A DNA stretch of 64,000 nt from contig JBBIPC010000008.1 in NCBI GenBank assembly GCA_037443035.1, positions 64,001 through 128,000 on the forward strand, in the 5' to 3' direction. The notes under the pieces are model-generated. The model was not told the origin of the DNA. It saw nothing but the letters and a program-made list of their open reading frames with translations, and searched no databases. This DNA is from Chthonomonadales bacterium. Lineage in GTDB: Bacteria > Armatimonadota > Chthonomonadetes > Chthonomonadales > CAJBBX01. A program made the position numbers and the translations under genes. Of the stretch, positions 1 through 9,844 are shown one piece after another. Every line of letters starts with the position of its first letter. The stretch's first letter is position 1.

Positions 1-1283
1 GCAAGGGGACGCACAGGCTCGCCAGCATTCGCTGCGAACAAGAACTCGACAGCGTCCCTGCCGTTCGGACCCTCCACGCAGTCTGCAACAGAGACTTCGA
101 AACGGGCCTGCTCGAGTGCTACGTCTGCCAGTTCTGCCTCGACGGCGTCCTGGAATCGGACGGCAACCTCGTGGCGTAGCCGACTGAGATGCGCTGCTGA
201 CTGGTCATAGGTCCGGCGAGCTTTTTCGATTTCGGCTCGCAGCCGTTCTGTGTTGGTGTCATACTGCTCCAGCTCCGCCAGTTCCGCTGCAGCCTGCTCT
301 CCGTACGCAAGCACCTCGTCTACGGTGGCACCATACTTGCGTTTCAGGTCAGCTATCGTCGAGAGGCGGTGCTGGATCGCATCGAGACGATCTGGGTCGG
401 CGTCGAGTTCTTCCAGATATCTGGTCAGAGTGCGGGTCGCTTCCTCCATGTCGTATCGTGCCGTGTGGACTGCTTGCGCGACGGGTGACAACGTGCTATC
501 CAGGCCAGTTGTGCCGTCCAGCTCTCTCGCAGCGCATGCCAGGGCGTCTACCGCCGATGCGGGACCTGCGCTGAGCCACTGCACAGCTTCCGCTATGCCT
601 TCGCGCAGTCGTTCGACGTTCCGCAGGCGTAGCAGCTCGGTCTGGAGCTCCTCCTCCTCTCCAGAATGCAAGGCGGCAGAGGCGATCTCCTGAACCTGGA
701 ACCTGTAGAGATCCATCTGGCGCAGGCGCTCTCGAGCGTTCGTCTCGTGGCGCTCCAGTCGGGCTTGCAGATCGCGCATACGGTTCCATGCGGCAGCTAC
801 GGCCATCGAAGCCTCCCGGATCGCGGATCCTCCCCACTCGTCGAGAAGCTCCCCGTGCCGCTTCACCGAAAGGAGGGATTGGTGTTCGTGTTGGCCGTGA
901 AGGTCAACGAGCCACTCGCCGACCTCGCGCAGAGCCGAGATTGCCGCCGGACGCCCTCCAATGCGGGCTAGCGACTTGCCGTTGTCCTGCACCTCGCGTG
1001 TCAAGAGCAGTTCACCGTCTGTGGCGTCGTAGCCAAGTTCTCCCAGCGCTGTAAGGAAAGGCTCTATCCCTCCGACGTCGAAGACTGCGTCCACGACGGC
1101 TCTCGAGGTGCCAGACCGGACGATGTCCGGGGTTGTGCGGCCTCCCAGAACGATGGATAACGCGCCGACAATGATGGATTTCCCAGCACCCGTCTCGCCC
1201 GTAAGGACGTTGAGCCCGGGCCCGAACTCCAGGTCCAGCTCGTCAATGATGGCCAGATTCCGGATGGCTAGCGTGCGGAGCAA
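1..1283 (-). CDS. recN: DNA repair protein RecN (5' part; runs off the left edge of the window)
   Basis: Not in the ORF track. Manual minus-strand translation from TTG at 1283 gives MLRTLAIRNLAIIDELDLEFGPGLNVLTGETGAGKS, the RecN Walker A. Later it reads LLDELGYDA, and DLHGQHEHQSL; GGAGG SD lies 7 nt upstream. Confidence 0.95.
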   Translation of the reverse strand, partial: MLRTLAIRNLAIIDELDLEFGPGLNVLTGETGAGKSIIVGALSIVLGGRTTPDIVRSGTSRAVVDAVFDVGGIEPFLTALGELGYDATDGELLLTREVQDNGKSLARIGGRPAAISALREVGEWLVDLHGQHEHQSLLSVKRHGELLDEWGGSAIREASMAVAAAWNRMRDLQARLERHETNARERLRQMDLYRFQVQEIASAALHSGEEEELQTELLRLRNVERLREGIAEAVQWLSAGPASAVDALACAARELDGTTGLDSTLSPVAQAVHTARYDMEEATRTLTRYLEELDADPDRLDAIQHRLSTIADLKRKYGATVDEVLAYGEQAAAELAELEQYDTNTERLRAEIEKARRTYDQSAAHLSRLRHEVAVRFQDAVEAELADVALEQARFEVSVADCVEGPNGRDAVEFLFAANAGEPVRPL

Positions 1284-1327
1284 GGCACGTCCTCCAAGCT
1301 ACACCATGGGGCGGCCGCCCCGAGGCG

Positions 1328-3313
1328 TCATGGCCAGAATGCGTAGGTGGGCATGTCCAGCACAATACCCACGATGGTCCACATACTGCCAATGATACAC
1401 TCACCGAGAATGACGCCGAGGAACAGGGGCAGCCAGTGTCGGTAGGCCTTTAGTCCTCCGTACCGGAGAATCACCAGTTTCAGTATCCAGGCAACCATGA
1501 GCGGTAGCCACAGGAGCGATAGGGACCATGAGCCGGATACCGCATACCCCACTGGGTGGAAGGGGAACCAGCTCAATCGGAGACGGAGCATGTTCAGCAC
1601 GAGGGTCAGGAGGAATCCAGCCGCGATGGCCAGGCGCGTGTTGAACTGCTGTTGCGGTGGTGCGGGAGACCGGACCCAGCCGCTCATGCGGTTCCAAGGC
1701 TCGCTACCAAAAATGAGGTTCACGTTGGGGGGCGCGATCTTCTCTGCGGCGCCGACCTGGTAGTTCTGGTGCAGCATGGCCCAGAACGCACTCAACGCGC
1801 CGAACGCGAGGGCGAGCAGCATGGCCCAAAACAAAGGCTGGTAGCGTCCGCCAAGTCGCTCCGCCATCTTGAATCCCTCCAGTTGGATGGGCATAGGATG
1901 AGAGCGATAGGCCCGATTGAACCCGTAGAACATGGAGAACATTGCCAGATCGGGCCGCGAGATCTGATTCGATTGGGTCACTGCCGGGATTATGCTGTCC
2001 GGACCGGCCATGTGGAGGTCATGCGCCGGCGGGCCTAGTTCCGCACGCATGCGAGTAATGGCGATGGCCAGCACGAAGTAGATGGCGAAGAAGGCGAAGA
2101 TCATCCCAGGCGTCATGCGGCACGCAACGCAGAACGCGTAGATGGCACCGGAACCGAGCACAAGACCAGCAAACGCCACGCGGTAAGGAAGCGGTTCTTG
2201 GGCATCCTGAAGGTCTACTCTCGGTCTCAACAGGTTCTGCCAGATACGCACGAAGTGCGCACGGCTTACGTATAGAGCGAAGACCGCCAGTCCCACGTAT
2301 GCACCGAACTGCTGGGCTTCCGGGTAGGGAAAGCCCGGAATGTTGCCATATCCAAAGGCTGCCGTCGCAATCCGCTCGGCACGCCAGAACCATGCGAAGA
2401 ACCACACAGAGAAGAGCAAATCAACCGGAAGCAACATGCCTAGGGCAACGCCGAAGGGATAGATGGCGATGGGCGTCCAACCCATGGCGTTCCAGGGAGG
2501 CGATGTAATGAACTGGTTCAGGTCCTGCATGGCGCCGAACCGTTTCAGGGGCAGTGCGGGGAGCGACGGATAGAGGTATGCAATGCCGTTCCAGACCTCC
2601 AGGACCGCTGCGATCGCGACACCGGACCAGAAGAGCCGGTTCCTGAACAGCTCGGTCCTCTCGTTCACCATCTCCAGCGGTAGTGCAACGAGCGGGTACG
2701 ACAGGCGCTCGCTCTCGGTCCATTGTCGCCGCAGTAGAGTGTTGATGCAGAGCATCATGAAACCGAGTAGCGTGAGAAACCCTGACCAGACCAGCACGGG
2801 ACCGAGCCACGCGCGGATGTTCCTTGCGACGTAGAATGTATTGGTTCCTTCGTAGAACTCCTTGAGAGCCTGCTGGTCGGAAACGGATAGCCACTTCGGA
2901 ATGTACGGGATGATATCCGTGAGCCAGTTGTTCTCCGGACGTGCGTAGAAATGGGCATGGGAGAGGATCGGGGTCAGGACCTCGATCATGTCGTGGCCGG
3001 CAATGGCCGAACCGAGAGCCAGCATGATATACAGCGTAATGAGTTCAGGTGGGGTGAGGGCAAGAGGACGCCAGATCTTGCGAGCAAGGGAGTTCACCGC
3101 CAGCAGCACGGCGAGCAAGAAGACGACATTGAAGAAGAGGGAGATCGTCGTCGGATGGCCGGCGTAGCGTACAACCTCCATGCGCGTTACCCAGAACGCG
3201 TTGATGGGCAGGAGGAGAAGTGCGATGAGTATGACGCGCGGAGTCACCATCCGAACACGTGTAGTGCGTCGTGCTGGCACGTTCGTGTCGGAGAAGCTGG
3301 GTTGTATCTGCAA
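1328..3313 (-). CDS. DUF6785/DUF6784-like polytopic membrane protein (putative OPT-like transporter)
   Basis: 661 aa with about 15-17 hydrophobic segments. Contains QWTESERLSYPL, WFPFHPVGYA and LFLGVILGE, which I recall as typical of this family. Start codon uncertain. Confidence 0.7.
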   Translation of the reverse strand: MQIQPSFSDTNVPARRTTRVRMVTPRVILIALLLLPINAFWVTRMEVVRYAGHPTTISLFFNVVFLLAVLLAVNSLARKIWRPLALTPPELITLYIMLALGSAIAGHDMIEVLTPILSHAHFYARPENNWLTDIIPYIPKWLSVSDQQALKEFYEGTNTFYVARNIRAWLGPVLVWSGFLTLLGFMMLCINTLLRRQWTESERLSYPLVALPLEMVNERTELFRNRLFWSGVAIAAVLEVWNGIAYLYPSLPALPLKRFGAMQDLNQFITSPPWNAMGWTPIAIYPFGVALGMLLPVDLLFSVWFFAWFWRAERIATAAFGYGNIPGFPYPEAQQFGAYVGLAVFALYVSRAHFVRIWQNLLRPRVDLQDAQEPLPYRVAFAGLVLGSGAIYAFCVACRMTPGMIFAFFAIYFVLAIAITRMRAELGPPAHDLHMAGPDSIIPAVTQSNQISRPDLAMFSMFYGFNRAYRSHPMPIQLEGFKMAERLGGRYQPLFWAMLLALAFGALSAFWAMLHQNYQVGAAEKIAPPNVNLIFGSEPWNRMSGWVRSPAPPQQQFNTRLAIAAGFLLTLVLNMLRLRLSWFPFHPVGYAVSGSWSLSLLWLPLMVAWILKLVILRYGGLKAYRHWLPLFLGVILGECIIGSMWTIVGIVLDMPTYAFWP

Positions 3314-3520
3314 TGCTGGTTGCCTCAGGACCGCGGGCGGGTTCTATGCGAGTACATAACAATACCCCGTAACGCGCCCTCGGATGCATCGCTGCAGGAC
3401 GCCGAGGGGAGCTCAGTACTGCCGACGGTGCGAGGGGGTGTGCTACACTCCAGCACGACCGCGGGATCCACCGTCACTGGCGGTCAGGCGTATCACGTGG
3501 CGGCCCGACACTTCTGAAAC

Positions 3521-4255
3521 ATGTTCGCCAGACTCCGCGAAGACATACAGACCGCTATGCGACGGGATCCGGCAGCGCGGAACGTCTGGATGGTGCTGTC
3601 GTACCCGGGTGTGCACGCGATTGTCCTGCATCGCGTTGCGCACTGGCTCTGGAACTTCCGTCTGCCACCGCGGGAATTCTGGAAAGTCATCGCTCGATGG
3701 ATCTCTCACTTCTCGCGGCTCGTCACAGGGATAGAGATCCACCCGGGCGCAAGGATCGGTCGTCGGTTCTTCATTGACCACGGTATGGGAGTAGTGATCG
3801 GCGAAACGGCCGAGATCGGTGACGATGTGCTCATGTTCCATCAAGTCACGCTTGGCGGAACACAGTTCGATCGAGCGAAGCGGCACCCCACCATAGGGAA
3901 CGGTGTGTTGATAGGCATGGGAGCCAAGATCATCGGGGCCGTGAAGATAGGAGACAATTCCAAGATCGGCGCCAATGCGGTGGTCAACCGAGATGTCCCT
4001 CCCAACTGCACAGTAGTAGGTGTGCCAGGCCGCATCGTCGTGCGTGATGGATTACGAGTTGACCCCGAGACCGAGGTCATGGACAACATTACGAATAGGG
4101 TGGATCCACAGGATGAGGTCATACGGGAGCTCAGGCAGAGACTAGAGCTGTTGGAACAGCACATCGAGAAGCTCGATGACCACCTGGCTCAGCACGAGAA
4201 GCTTTCGCGAGGGACGTCGGCGACGGACGAGATGGTCCGCACAGGAGACACGTAG
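3521..4255 (+). CDS. cysE: Serine O-acetyltransferase
   Basis: [37 protein letters not shown] and hexapeptide repeats; C-terminal coiled-coil tail. Confidence 0.95.
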   Translation: MFARLREDIQTAMRRDPAARNVWMVLSYPGVHAIVLHRVAHWLWNFRLPPREFWKVIARWISHFSRLVTGIEIHPGARIGRRFFIDHGMGVVIGETAEIGDDVLMFHQVTLGGTQFDRAKRHPTIGNGVLIGMGAKIIGAVKIGDNSKIGANAVVNRDVPPNCTVVGVPGRIVVRDGLRVDPETEVMDNITNRVDPQDEVIRELRQRLELLEQHIEKLDDHLAQHEKLSRGTSATDEMVRTGDT

Positions 4256-4260
4256 GCACC

Positions 4261-5703
4261 ATGAAGGTTCGGCATACAGTGGCTGTTTCGGTCGGGCTGG
4301 TATTCGCGCTTGCCGGCGGTGTCACAGTGGCGGTGTCGGCACGGGCCGCTCACGAACGACACGAGCTGCCCGACTGGGTGACGATCTGCGGCAAAGCGTA
4401 TCCTGGCCGCACCGCTGACGAGATCCGTTCACTGCTCTCCGGCTGGCAAACAGCGGAACGGCGACGCTCCTTCACCGTCGTCGTGACCGAGCCAGCTCGT
4501 GGGCGGCGCATGTGGACCACCATGCGAGGCGTCCTGGGTGCCGAGCCGGACCTGGAGGCCATGATACAGAAAGCATTCACGGCGGCGGACTCGGAGGGGT
4601 TCGTGGAGCGGCTCGGGCGCTGGCTGGGTCGTAAGGACCCTGTGGACATCGGGCCTCTGTGGCGCGTGGACAGCAACACCCAGGAGAATTGGCTCCGTCA
4701 CCGGGTGGCTCCACTTGTGCAGCGCAAGCCGGTTGACGCCCGTCTGCGCCTGGAGAGCGGCCGTCCGGTCGTCACGCAGGATTCGCCGGGGCAGGAGCTA
4801 GAGCTGCCAGCGGCGGTCGGTATCGTCAGCCGCGCTCTGTGTGACCCGAATGCCGAAAAGGCGGAAGTGCCTGTACGGTCGGTACCGGCTGATGTGACGG
4901 TATCCGACGCCGCCGGTATCGAGGCCGAAATCGCCTCGTTCGAGACGCACTATGCGGAAAAGGGCAACCGGAGACGCAATCTGGAACTGGCTTGCTCTCT
5001 CGTCAATGGCACCATCATCAAGCCTGGCCGTGTCTTCTCCTTCAATGAGACGGTAGGCCCTCGGGAAGCCACGAACGGCTTTCGAGTCGCCCCAGTGATC
5101 GTGCAAGGAAGAATGGAGGCCGGCATGGGAGGCGGGGTGTGCCAGGTATCCAGCACGGTTTACAATGCCGCGCTCCTTGCCGGTCTCGATGTAGTCGCTC
5201 GACACCATCACGCCTTTCCCGTGCACTACGTACCACCTGGCCGGGACGCGACAGTCGTGTACGGCGCTATAGACCTCAAACTGAAAAACAACACAGGCTC
5301 AGCGATCGGGTTCATCGCCGACGGCACGAACGGCAGGGTTCGTGTACGGGTGTTCGGCCGACCGAGGCCCGGCGTGACGATCAGCTTGGAGCGCAGCGGC
5401 ATCTCGTCATGGGCGCCGCCGGTCAAGACGCTGCGAGTGAGCTCCCTGCCCCTCGGCAAGACCGTTGTCAAGGAGCCGGGACGGGCAGGTCACCGCGTCT
5501 CGGTCTGGAGGGTGTACCGCGAGCGCGGTCGAGTGGTGAAGCGCGAAATCATCTCACGCGATCTGTATCGTGCTTTTCCTCGGATCGTCTGGGTGGGAAT
5601 CGCTCCCAAGTCCCCAGCAACAAGTGTGCAGCCAGTCGGTGAGGCAACCGTCCCGCCGTCGCGGTCCCTACCCGTAGTCGGTAGCGGACAGTCAACACCC
5701 TAG
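4261..5703 (+). CDS. VanW family protein (N-terminal anchor, PG-binding-4-like region, VanW, G5-like domain)
   Basis: FSFNETVGPR, GGGVCQVSSTVYNAAL, YVPPGRDATV and a C-terminal G5-like segment (PLGKTVVKEPG). Confidence 0.9.
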   Translation: MKVRHTVAVSVGLVFALAGGVTVAVSARAAHERHELPDWVTICGKAYPGRTADEIRSLLSGWQTAERRRSFTVVVTEPARGRRMWTTMRGVLGAEPDLEAMIQKAFTAADSEGFVERLGRWLGRKDPVDIGPLWRVDSNTQENWLRHRVAPLVQRKPVDARLRLESGRPVVTQDSPGQELELPAAVGIVSRALCDPNAEKAEVPVRSVPADVTVSDAAGIEAEIASFETHYAEKGNRRRNLELACSLVNGTIIKPGRVFSFNETVGPREATNGFRVAPVIVQGRMEAGMGGGVCQVSSTVYNAALLAGLDVVARHHHAFPVHYVPPGRDATVVYGAIDLKLKNNTGSAIGFIADGTNGRVRVRVFGRPRPGVTISLERSGISSWAPPVKTLRVSSLPLGKTVVKEPGRAGHRVSVWRVYRERGRVVKREIISRDLYRAFPRIVWVGIAPKSPATSVQPVGEATVPPSRSLPVVGSGQSTP

Positions 5704-6061
5704 CTGCACTAGCCGCGGTTCTCTAAGCCATTTAGCAGTCACGGGCGCTTTGCGCGCCGCGACGGTCGCGCCCGGATTGCGATTCGCCCAACCCCTCTGC
5801 CCCCTGCCATCACCTTCCTGAGGCGTAGCTATCCTCTGTCTGCGCCACTCGATTGCGATCGTCCACACGCCCAGCGAGGAGTACTGAGTCGCGTCCGACG
5901 CAGTGTTCCCGAAGGCTTTCCATTCTCAGCGTCATAGGTCCCAGGCAGCAGTTCACATGTGGGACAAGATTCCACCGATTGTACTTGCCATGTACCGTAT
6001 AAAGCTGTCTGTTACAATACGTGATCTTCACTCAGGTGTGGTAAGAATTTCCCGCTTCCTA

Positions 6062-6091
6062 TTGACACATGGGCCAATAGAAGCGTAGAAT
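6062..6091 (+). promoter_or_regulatory. Sigma70-type promoter of the dcw operon
   Basis: TTGACA (6062-6067)-N18-TAGAAT (6086-6091), ending 9 nt before the mraZ ATG. A second extended -10, TGtTACAAT, is at 6010-6018. Confidence 0.65.
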
Positions 6092-6100
6092 GGGCCTATC

Positions 6101-6568
6101 ATGAGCAGTCCAGTCCCATCGGGCTTCGTCCTCTACGGGCTCTTCGACGCTACGCTCGACAATAAGGGCCGACTGCTCCTGCCGACCGACCTCCGCGGCC
6201 TGCCTACGAAGAAGCTGGTCCTCATGCACAGGCCCGACCATGCCATTGCAGCGTTTCCTGAACAGGTCTATCAGCAAATCCTGGCTCGCCACGGTGCATC
6301 TGTTGCCGAGTCCGACAGCTTCTTGCTCAAGCGACTGCTGGGTGGGGTGCACGAGGCGCTCCTCGATCAGGCGCATCGGTTTTTTATCCCGGAGATCTTC
6401 CGGCGGTGGGCGGGTTTGGACGACTCCAGGCACGCTGTCCTTCTTGGGACGGGCAATTGCATCGAGATCTGGGAGTACTCGCGCTACCAGGCCGCAACGG
6501 AACAACAACTGACCGAGGCTGCGGTTAGGGCGGAACTTGAGAGGATTGGCCTGAAGGGGCTGGTCTAG
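6101..6568 (+). CDS. mraZ: Division/cell wall cluster transcriptional repressor MraZ
   Basis: LDNKGRLLLP, a second repeat LDQAHRFFIP, and G.GNCIEIW; first gene of the dcw cluster. Confidence 0.85.
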   Translation: MSSPVPSGFVLYGLFDATLDNKGRLLLPTDLRGLPTKKLVLMHRPDHAIAAFPEQVYQQILARHGASVAESDSFLLKRLLGGVHEALLDQAHRFFIPEIFRRWAGLDDSRHAVLLGTGNCIEIWEYSRYQAATEQQLTEAAVRAELERIGLKGLV

Positions 6569-6572
6569 GACC

Positions 6573-7529
6573 GTGGGCAGCTATCACGTGCCAGTCATGG
6601 CAGGCGAGTGCGCGGGATGGCTCGAGGCTGACAGGAAAAGAGTTCTCGTTGACGCGACGGTAGGAGGGGGCGGCCATGCTGCCGAGCTCGCGCGGCGCAT
6701 GCGCAAAGACGGGCTGCTCGTGATCGTGGATGCCCTGGACGTGGCGGTCGAAACGGCGACGGAGCGGCTCCGAGCCTATGGCGTCCAGGTGATGCCGATT
6801 GTGGGGAACTTTCGCAACCTCGCCGAGATGCTTCGCGAACGGGGACTAGAGGAAGTGGACGGGGTGCTCTACGACCAAGGCTTGAGCTCAGCGGACTTCG
6901 AAGGCGATCGCGGCTATTCCTTCCGCGGCGATGCTCCTCTCGACATGCGTCGGGATGCCACCGCCACAAGGTCGGCTGCCGATCTGGTCAACACGCTCGA
7001 CCGGCGTCAGTTGGCGCACCTCCTACGCGAGTTTGGCGACGAACGCTGGGCCGACCGGATAGCCCGGGCCGTTGTCGAGAGGCGCGCTATAGAGCCCATT
7101 ACGCGCACCGCGCAGCTTGTGAGTCTGATCGAGCAGGCCGTTCCGCGCGCTGCGTGGCCCCGGGATATCCATGTAGCGACGAGAACGATGATGGCGCTCC
7201 GGTTCGCCGTCAACGACGACGTTGGTGCGATCCAGCAGTCCATCGAGGGCATTGCGCCCATGCTCTCCGAAGGCGGCCGCATCGTCTGTCTCAGCTACTG
7301 CAGCACAGAGGATCGGGCTGTGAAGCACGTCTTCCGACGGATGGAGAATCCTTGCACCTGTCCACGCGGACTAGCGGTATGTGCCTGCGGCCGCAAGCCA
7401 CTGCTGAGGGTACTGACCAAGCGTGGCGTGCGACCCGGCAGCGAAGAGCTGCAACGTAACCGCCGGGCCCGTAGCGCGATAGCCCGTGTCGCAGAGCGCG
7501 TACGCGCGCGGGCCAACAACTCCCAGTGA
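6573..7529 (+). CDS. rsmH: 16S rRNA m4C1402 methyltransferase RsmH (divergent)
   Basis: YHVPVM, DATVGGGGHA, PLDMR, EDRAVK and RARSA; position directly after mraZ. Confidence 0.92.
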   Translation: MGSYHVPVMAGECAGWLEADRKRVLVDATVGGGGHAAELARRMRKDGLLVIVDALDVAVETATERLRAYGVQVMPIVGNFRNLAEMLRERGLEEVDGVLYDQGLSSADFEGDRGYSFRGDAPLDMRRDATATRSAADLVNTLDRRQLAHLLREFGDERWADRIARAVVERRAIEPITRTAQLVSLIEQAVPRAAWPRDIHVATRTMMALRFAVNDDVGAIQQSIEGIAPMLSEGGRIVCLSYCSTEDRAVKHVFRRMENPCTCPRGLAVCACGRKPLLRVLTKRGVRPGSEELQRNRRARSAIARVAERVRARANNSQ

Positions 7530-7558
7530 ACGGAAACTGGACTTGCGGAGGGTCTGCC

Positions 7559-7939
7559 ATGGCGATTGATACACGAAGCAGGCTTGCTACTACCGGTGGA
7601 GTAGAGTTCCGGACCGCCCGCCTCGTGCGGTCGCGTAGCGAACTCGACCTGCACGCATGGCTGCTCTACCTTGCCTATGCGGTGTTGCTAGCAGCATTGC
7701 TCCTCTTGCCGCTGCTACCGTTCTTGTGCGAGTCGGCAGCGCAGGCCCGGCTTACCTCTGCCACCCGCGAGCGGGAATCCGTCGAAGCACACATTGCGGA
7801 AGCGAAGGCAGACTTCAGCCGCCTGCAGGAGGCCCTCGACGAAGCTCTCAGCTCCGCGCGGATAGCGGCCCTGGCCAAAGCTGCCGATATGGTTCCTCCC
7901 GGAGATCCCGTGCTGCTGGGTCCTGCGAAGTCACGATGA
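7559..7939 (+). CDS. ftsL: Cell division protein FtsL-like
   Basis: One TM segment followed by a coiled coil, ending RIAALAKAADMVPP. Lies between rsmH and the PBP; GGAGG precedes ATG 7559. Confidence 0.65.
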   Translation: MAIDTRSRLATTGGVEFRTARLVRSRSELDLHAWLLYLAYAVLLAALLLLPLLPFLCESAAQARLTSATRERESVEAHIAEAKADFSRLQEALDEALSSARIAALAKAADMVPPGDPVLLGPAKSR

Positions 7940-7951
7940 CCTAGGCTCACG

Positions 7952-9826
7952 ATGCCGCGCACTCCCGCCGATCCGGTAGCTAGGCGCCAGCGACAGCTTG
8001 CTGTCGCTGGGCTGCTCATGGGGCTCGCCCTTGTTGCGCGTGTGGTCTATTTCAAGACCGTCCTCGCTCCGCACTTCCGCGAGCTAAGCGACAAGATGCG
8101 GAAGCAAGCGTATATCAAGCCCACGGGACGCGGCGACGTACTGGATCGGAATGGTCGAACAGTGGCTAGGACCAAGGTCATTCGGGTGTGTGTATTCAAT
8201 CCGACGATCCCACGGTCGGCTCACAGCGACCGGATGCACGAGAACGGTGCGGCAGCGGCCGAGCTGCTAGAGGCGGTTCTGGCTGTGCCGCGAGAGACGA
8301 TTCTCCGGCGAATGTACGGCGAGTTGGGCGAAGGCGACTATGCGGCTCGTCGGCGTATAAAGATCGGTCTGACCACCGAGGAAGCGGACGCCGTGCAGTA
8401 CTTGAAGCGCCAACGTGCATTTCGCAACATCCTCGCTCGGTTCGATGTAGCCGAGGACGAGGAGCGGGAGTACCCAGGTGGCGATGCCTGTGCAACCATT
8501 CTGGGGAAGGTGATCCCGGCCCCGTTTGGCATGCTCCGCGGTATCGGCGGACTGGAGGACTGGGCTGATCCCATCCTGTCGGGAAGTCCTGGATGGTATA
8601 CGGGCCGCGTGGATGCTGCACAACGTGTGAACCCCCTCATGCCCCTGCGCGACGCTGCGCCCGTACAAGGGATGAACCTGCAGCTTACCATCGACACTAT
8701 CATCCAGCAGATCTGCGCCGAGGAGCTCGATCGCTGCATGCAAGAAAAGACACCCGTGGGAGCGACGGCGATCGTGCTCGATCCGTACACGGGTGAAGTC
8801 TTGGCCATGGTCAGCCGATCGGGTAAGCAGCCTGCAGCACCGAAGGGTGCCGCACAGGGTGATGGTCCTCCGGAGGCTTCGTACAATCGCGCTCTCATGC
8901 CCTACGAACCGGGCTCCGTAATGAAGCCGATCACGGTGGCGCTTGGACTCGAGTGGCGTGTCGTCCGCCCAGTCGAGTCGATCCCGTGCGAGTCCAACTG
9001 GATCCCCCACAAGAGGCGCGTTCGGTGCGAAGCGCACAGATCTAGCTTGCCAGCGCCAGGAACCAACACACCGCGCATGATCGTGGCGAAATCGTGCAAT
9101 GTCGCCACGGGGAAGATAGCCATACGGCTCGGGCCACGACGGCTACACGAGGGCCTCGGGCGGTTCGGGCTGCTATCGCGCACTGGCATCGAACTGCCCG
9201 GGGACGTGGGCGGCTACTCCCTGAGCGATCCGGCGCAGATTGCCAGTCGGGGCGCAGGGTGGAAGGACGATATCGCCCGGGTTGGCTTCGGGCAGGGGGT
9301 TGCCGTTACCCCTCTTGCCATGGCGGCTGCCTTCGGCGTTTTCGCCAATCAAGGCCTTCTTGTGCGACCTAGGATCCTTCGCTCCTATGGCTACCCCGGC
9401 TCACGCCCCGTGCATGTGTACGAGCGGCCCGAGCCCGAGCGCGTGATCTCTCCCGCAACAGCATCGGCCATGCGGGAGTACCTTCGGGCAGTGGTTCAGA
9501 TCGGCACGGGCAAGAATGCCGCCATCCCGGGTTATACAACCGGCGGCAAGACCGGCACAGCAATGAAGGTGAAACATGGCAGGTACGACGGGTATATTGC
9601 ATCATTCATAGGCCTCGTCCCCGTCACCAAACCCCGCGCAGTGATTGCAGTCGTCGTGGATGAGCCCCACGGTGGCTATCACGGGTCACAAGCCGCAGCG
9701 CCGACTTGGGGACGTATCGCAGCGCGGCTGATGGCGTACTGGCACGTTCCGCCTGAGCTAAGCGCCAAGGATGCTCCGCAGGGCGAGCGTCGAGGACAGA
9801 GCGGCCAAGCCCCCATAGGGGACTAG
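7952..9826 (+). CDS. ftsI: Class B penicillin-binding protein (FtsI/SpoVD-like)
   Basis: RGDVLDRNG dimerisation motif; SxxK (EPGSVMK), SxN (KSCN) and KTG (GKTGTA). Confidence 0.92.
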   Translation: MPRTPADPVARRQRQLAVAGLLMGLALVARVVYFKTVLAPHFRELSDKMRKQAYIKPTGRGDVLDRNGRTVARTKVIRVCVFNPTIPRSAHSDRMHENGAAAAELLEAVLAVPRETILRRMYGELGEGDYAARRRIKIGLTTEEADAVQYLKRQRAFRNILARFDVAEDEEREYPGGDACATILGKVIPAPFGMLRGIGGLEDWADPILSGSPGWYTGRVDAAQRVNPLMPLRDAAPVQGMNLQLTIDTIIQQICAEELDRCMQEKTPVGATAIVLDPYTGEVLAMVSRSGKQPAAPKGAAQGDGPPEASYNRALMPYEPGSVMKPITVALGLEWRVVRPVESIPCESNWIPHKRRVRCEAHRSSLPAPGTNTPRMIVAKSCNVATGKIAIRLGPRRLHEGLGRFGLLSRTGIELPGDVGGYSLSDPAQIASRGAGWKDDIARVGFGQGVAVTPLAMAAAFGVFANQGLLVRPRILRSYGYPGSRPVHVYERPEPERVISPATASAMREYLRAVVQIGTGKNAAIPGYTTGGKTGTAMKVKHGRYDGYIASFIGLVPVTKPRAVIAVVVDEPHGGYHGSQAAAPTWGRIAARLMAYWHVPPELSAKDAPQGERRGQSGQAPIGD

Positions 9827-9844
9827 AAGCAGGATAACCATCCC

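Noticed and set aside
4261..5703. VanW as evidence of a vancomycin resistance cluster
   Set aside because: No vanHAX or vanRS nearby; stand-alone VanW/G5 proteins are common cell-wall proteins.
5704..6060. ncRNA or small gene in the intergenic region before mraZ
   Set aside because: I recognise no RNA family motif, and the short ORFs lack SDs or protein-like features. An Rfam scan would be needed to exclude it fully.
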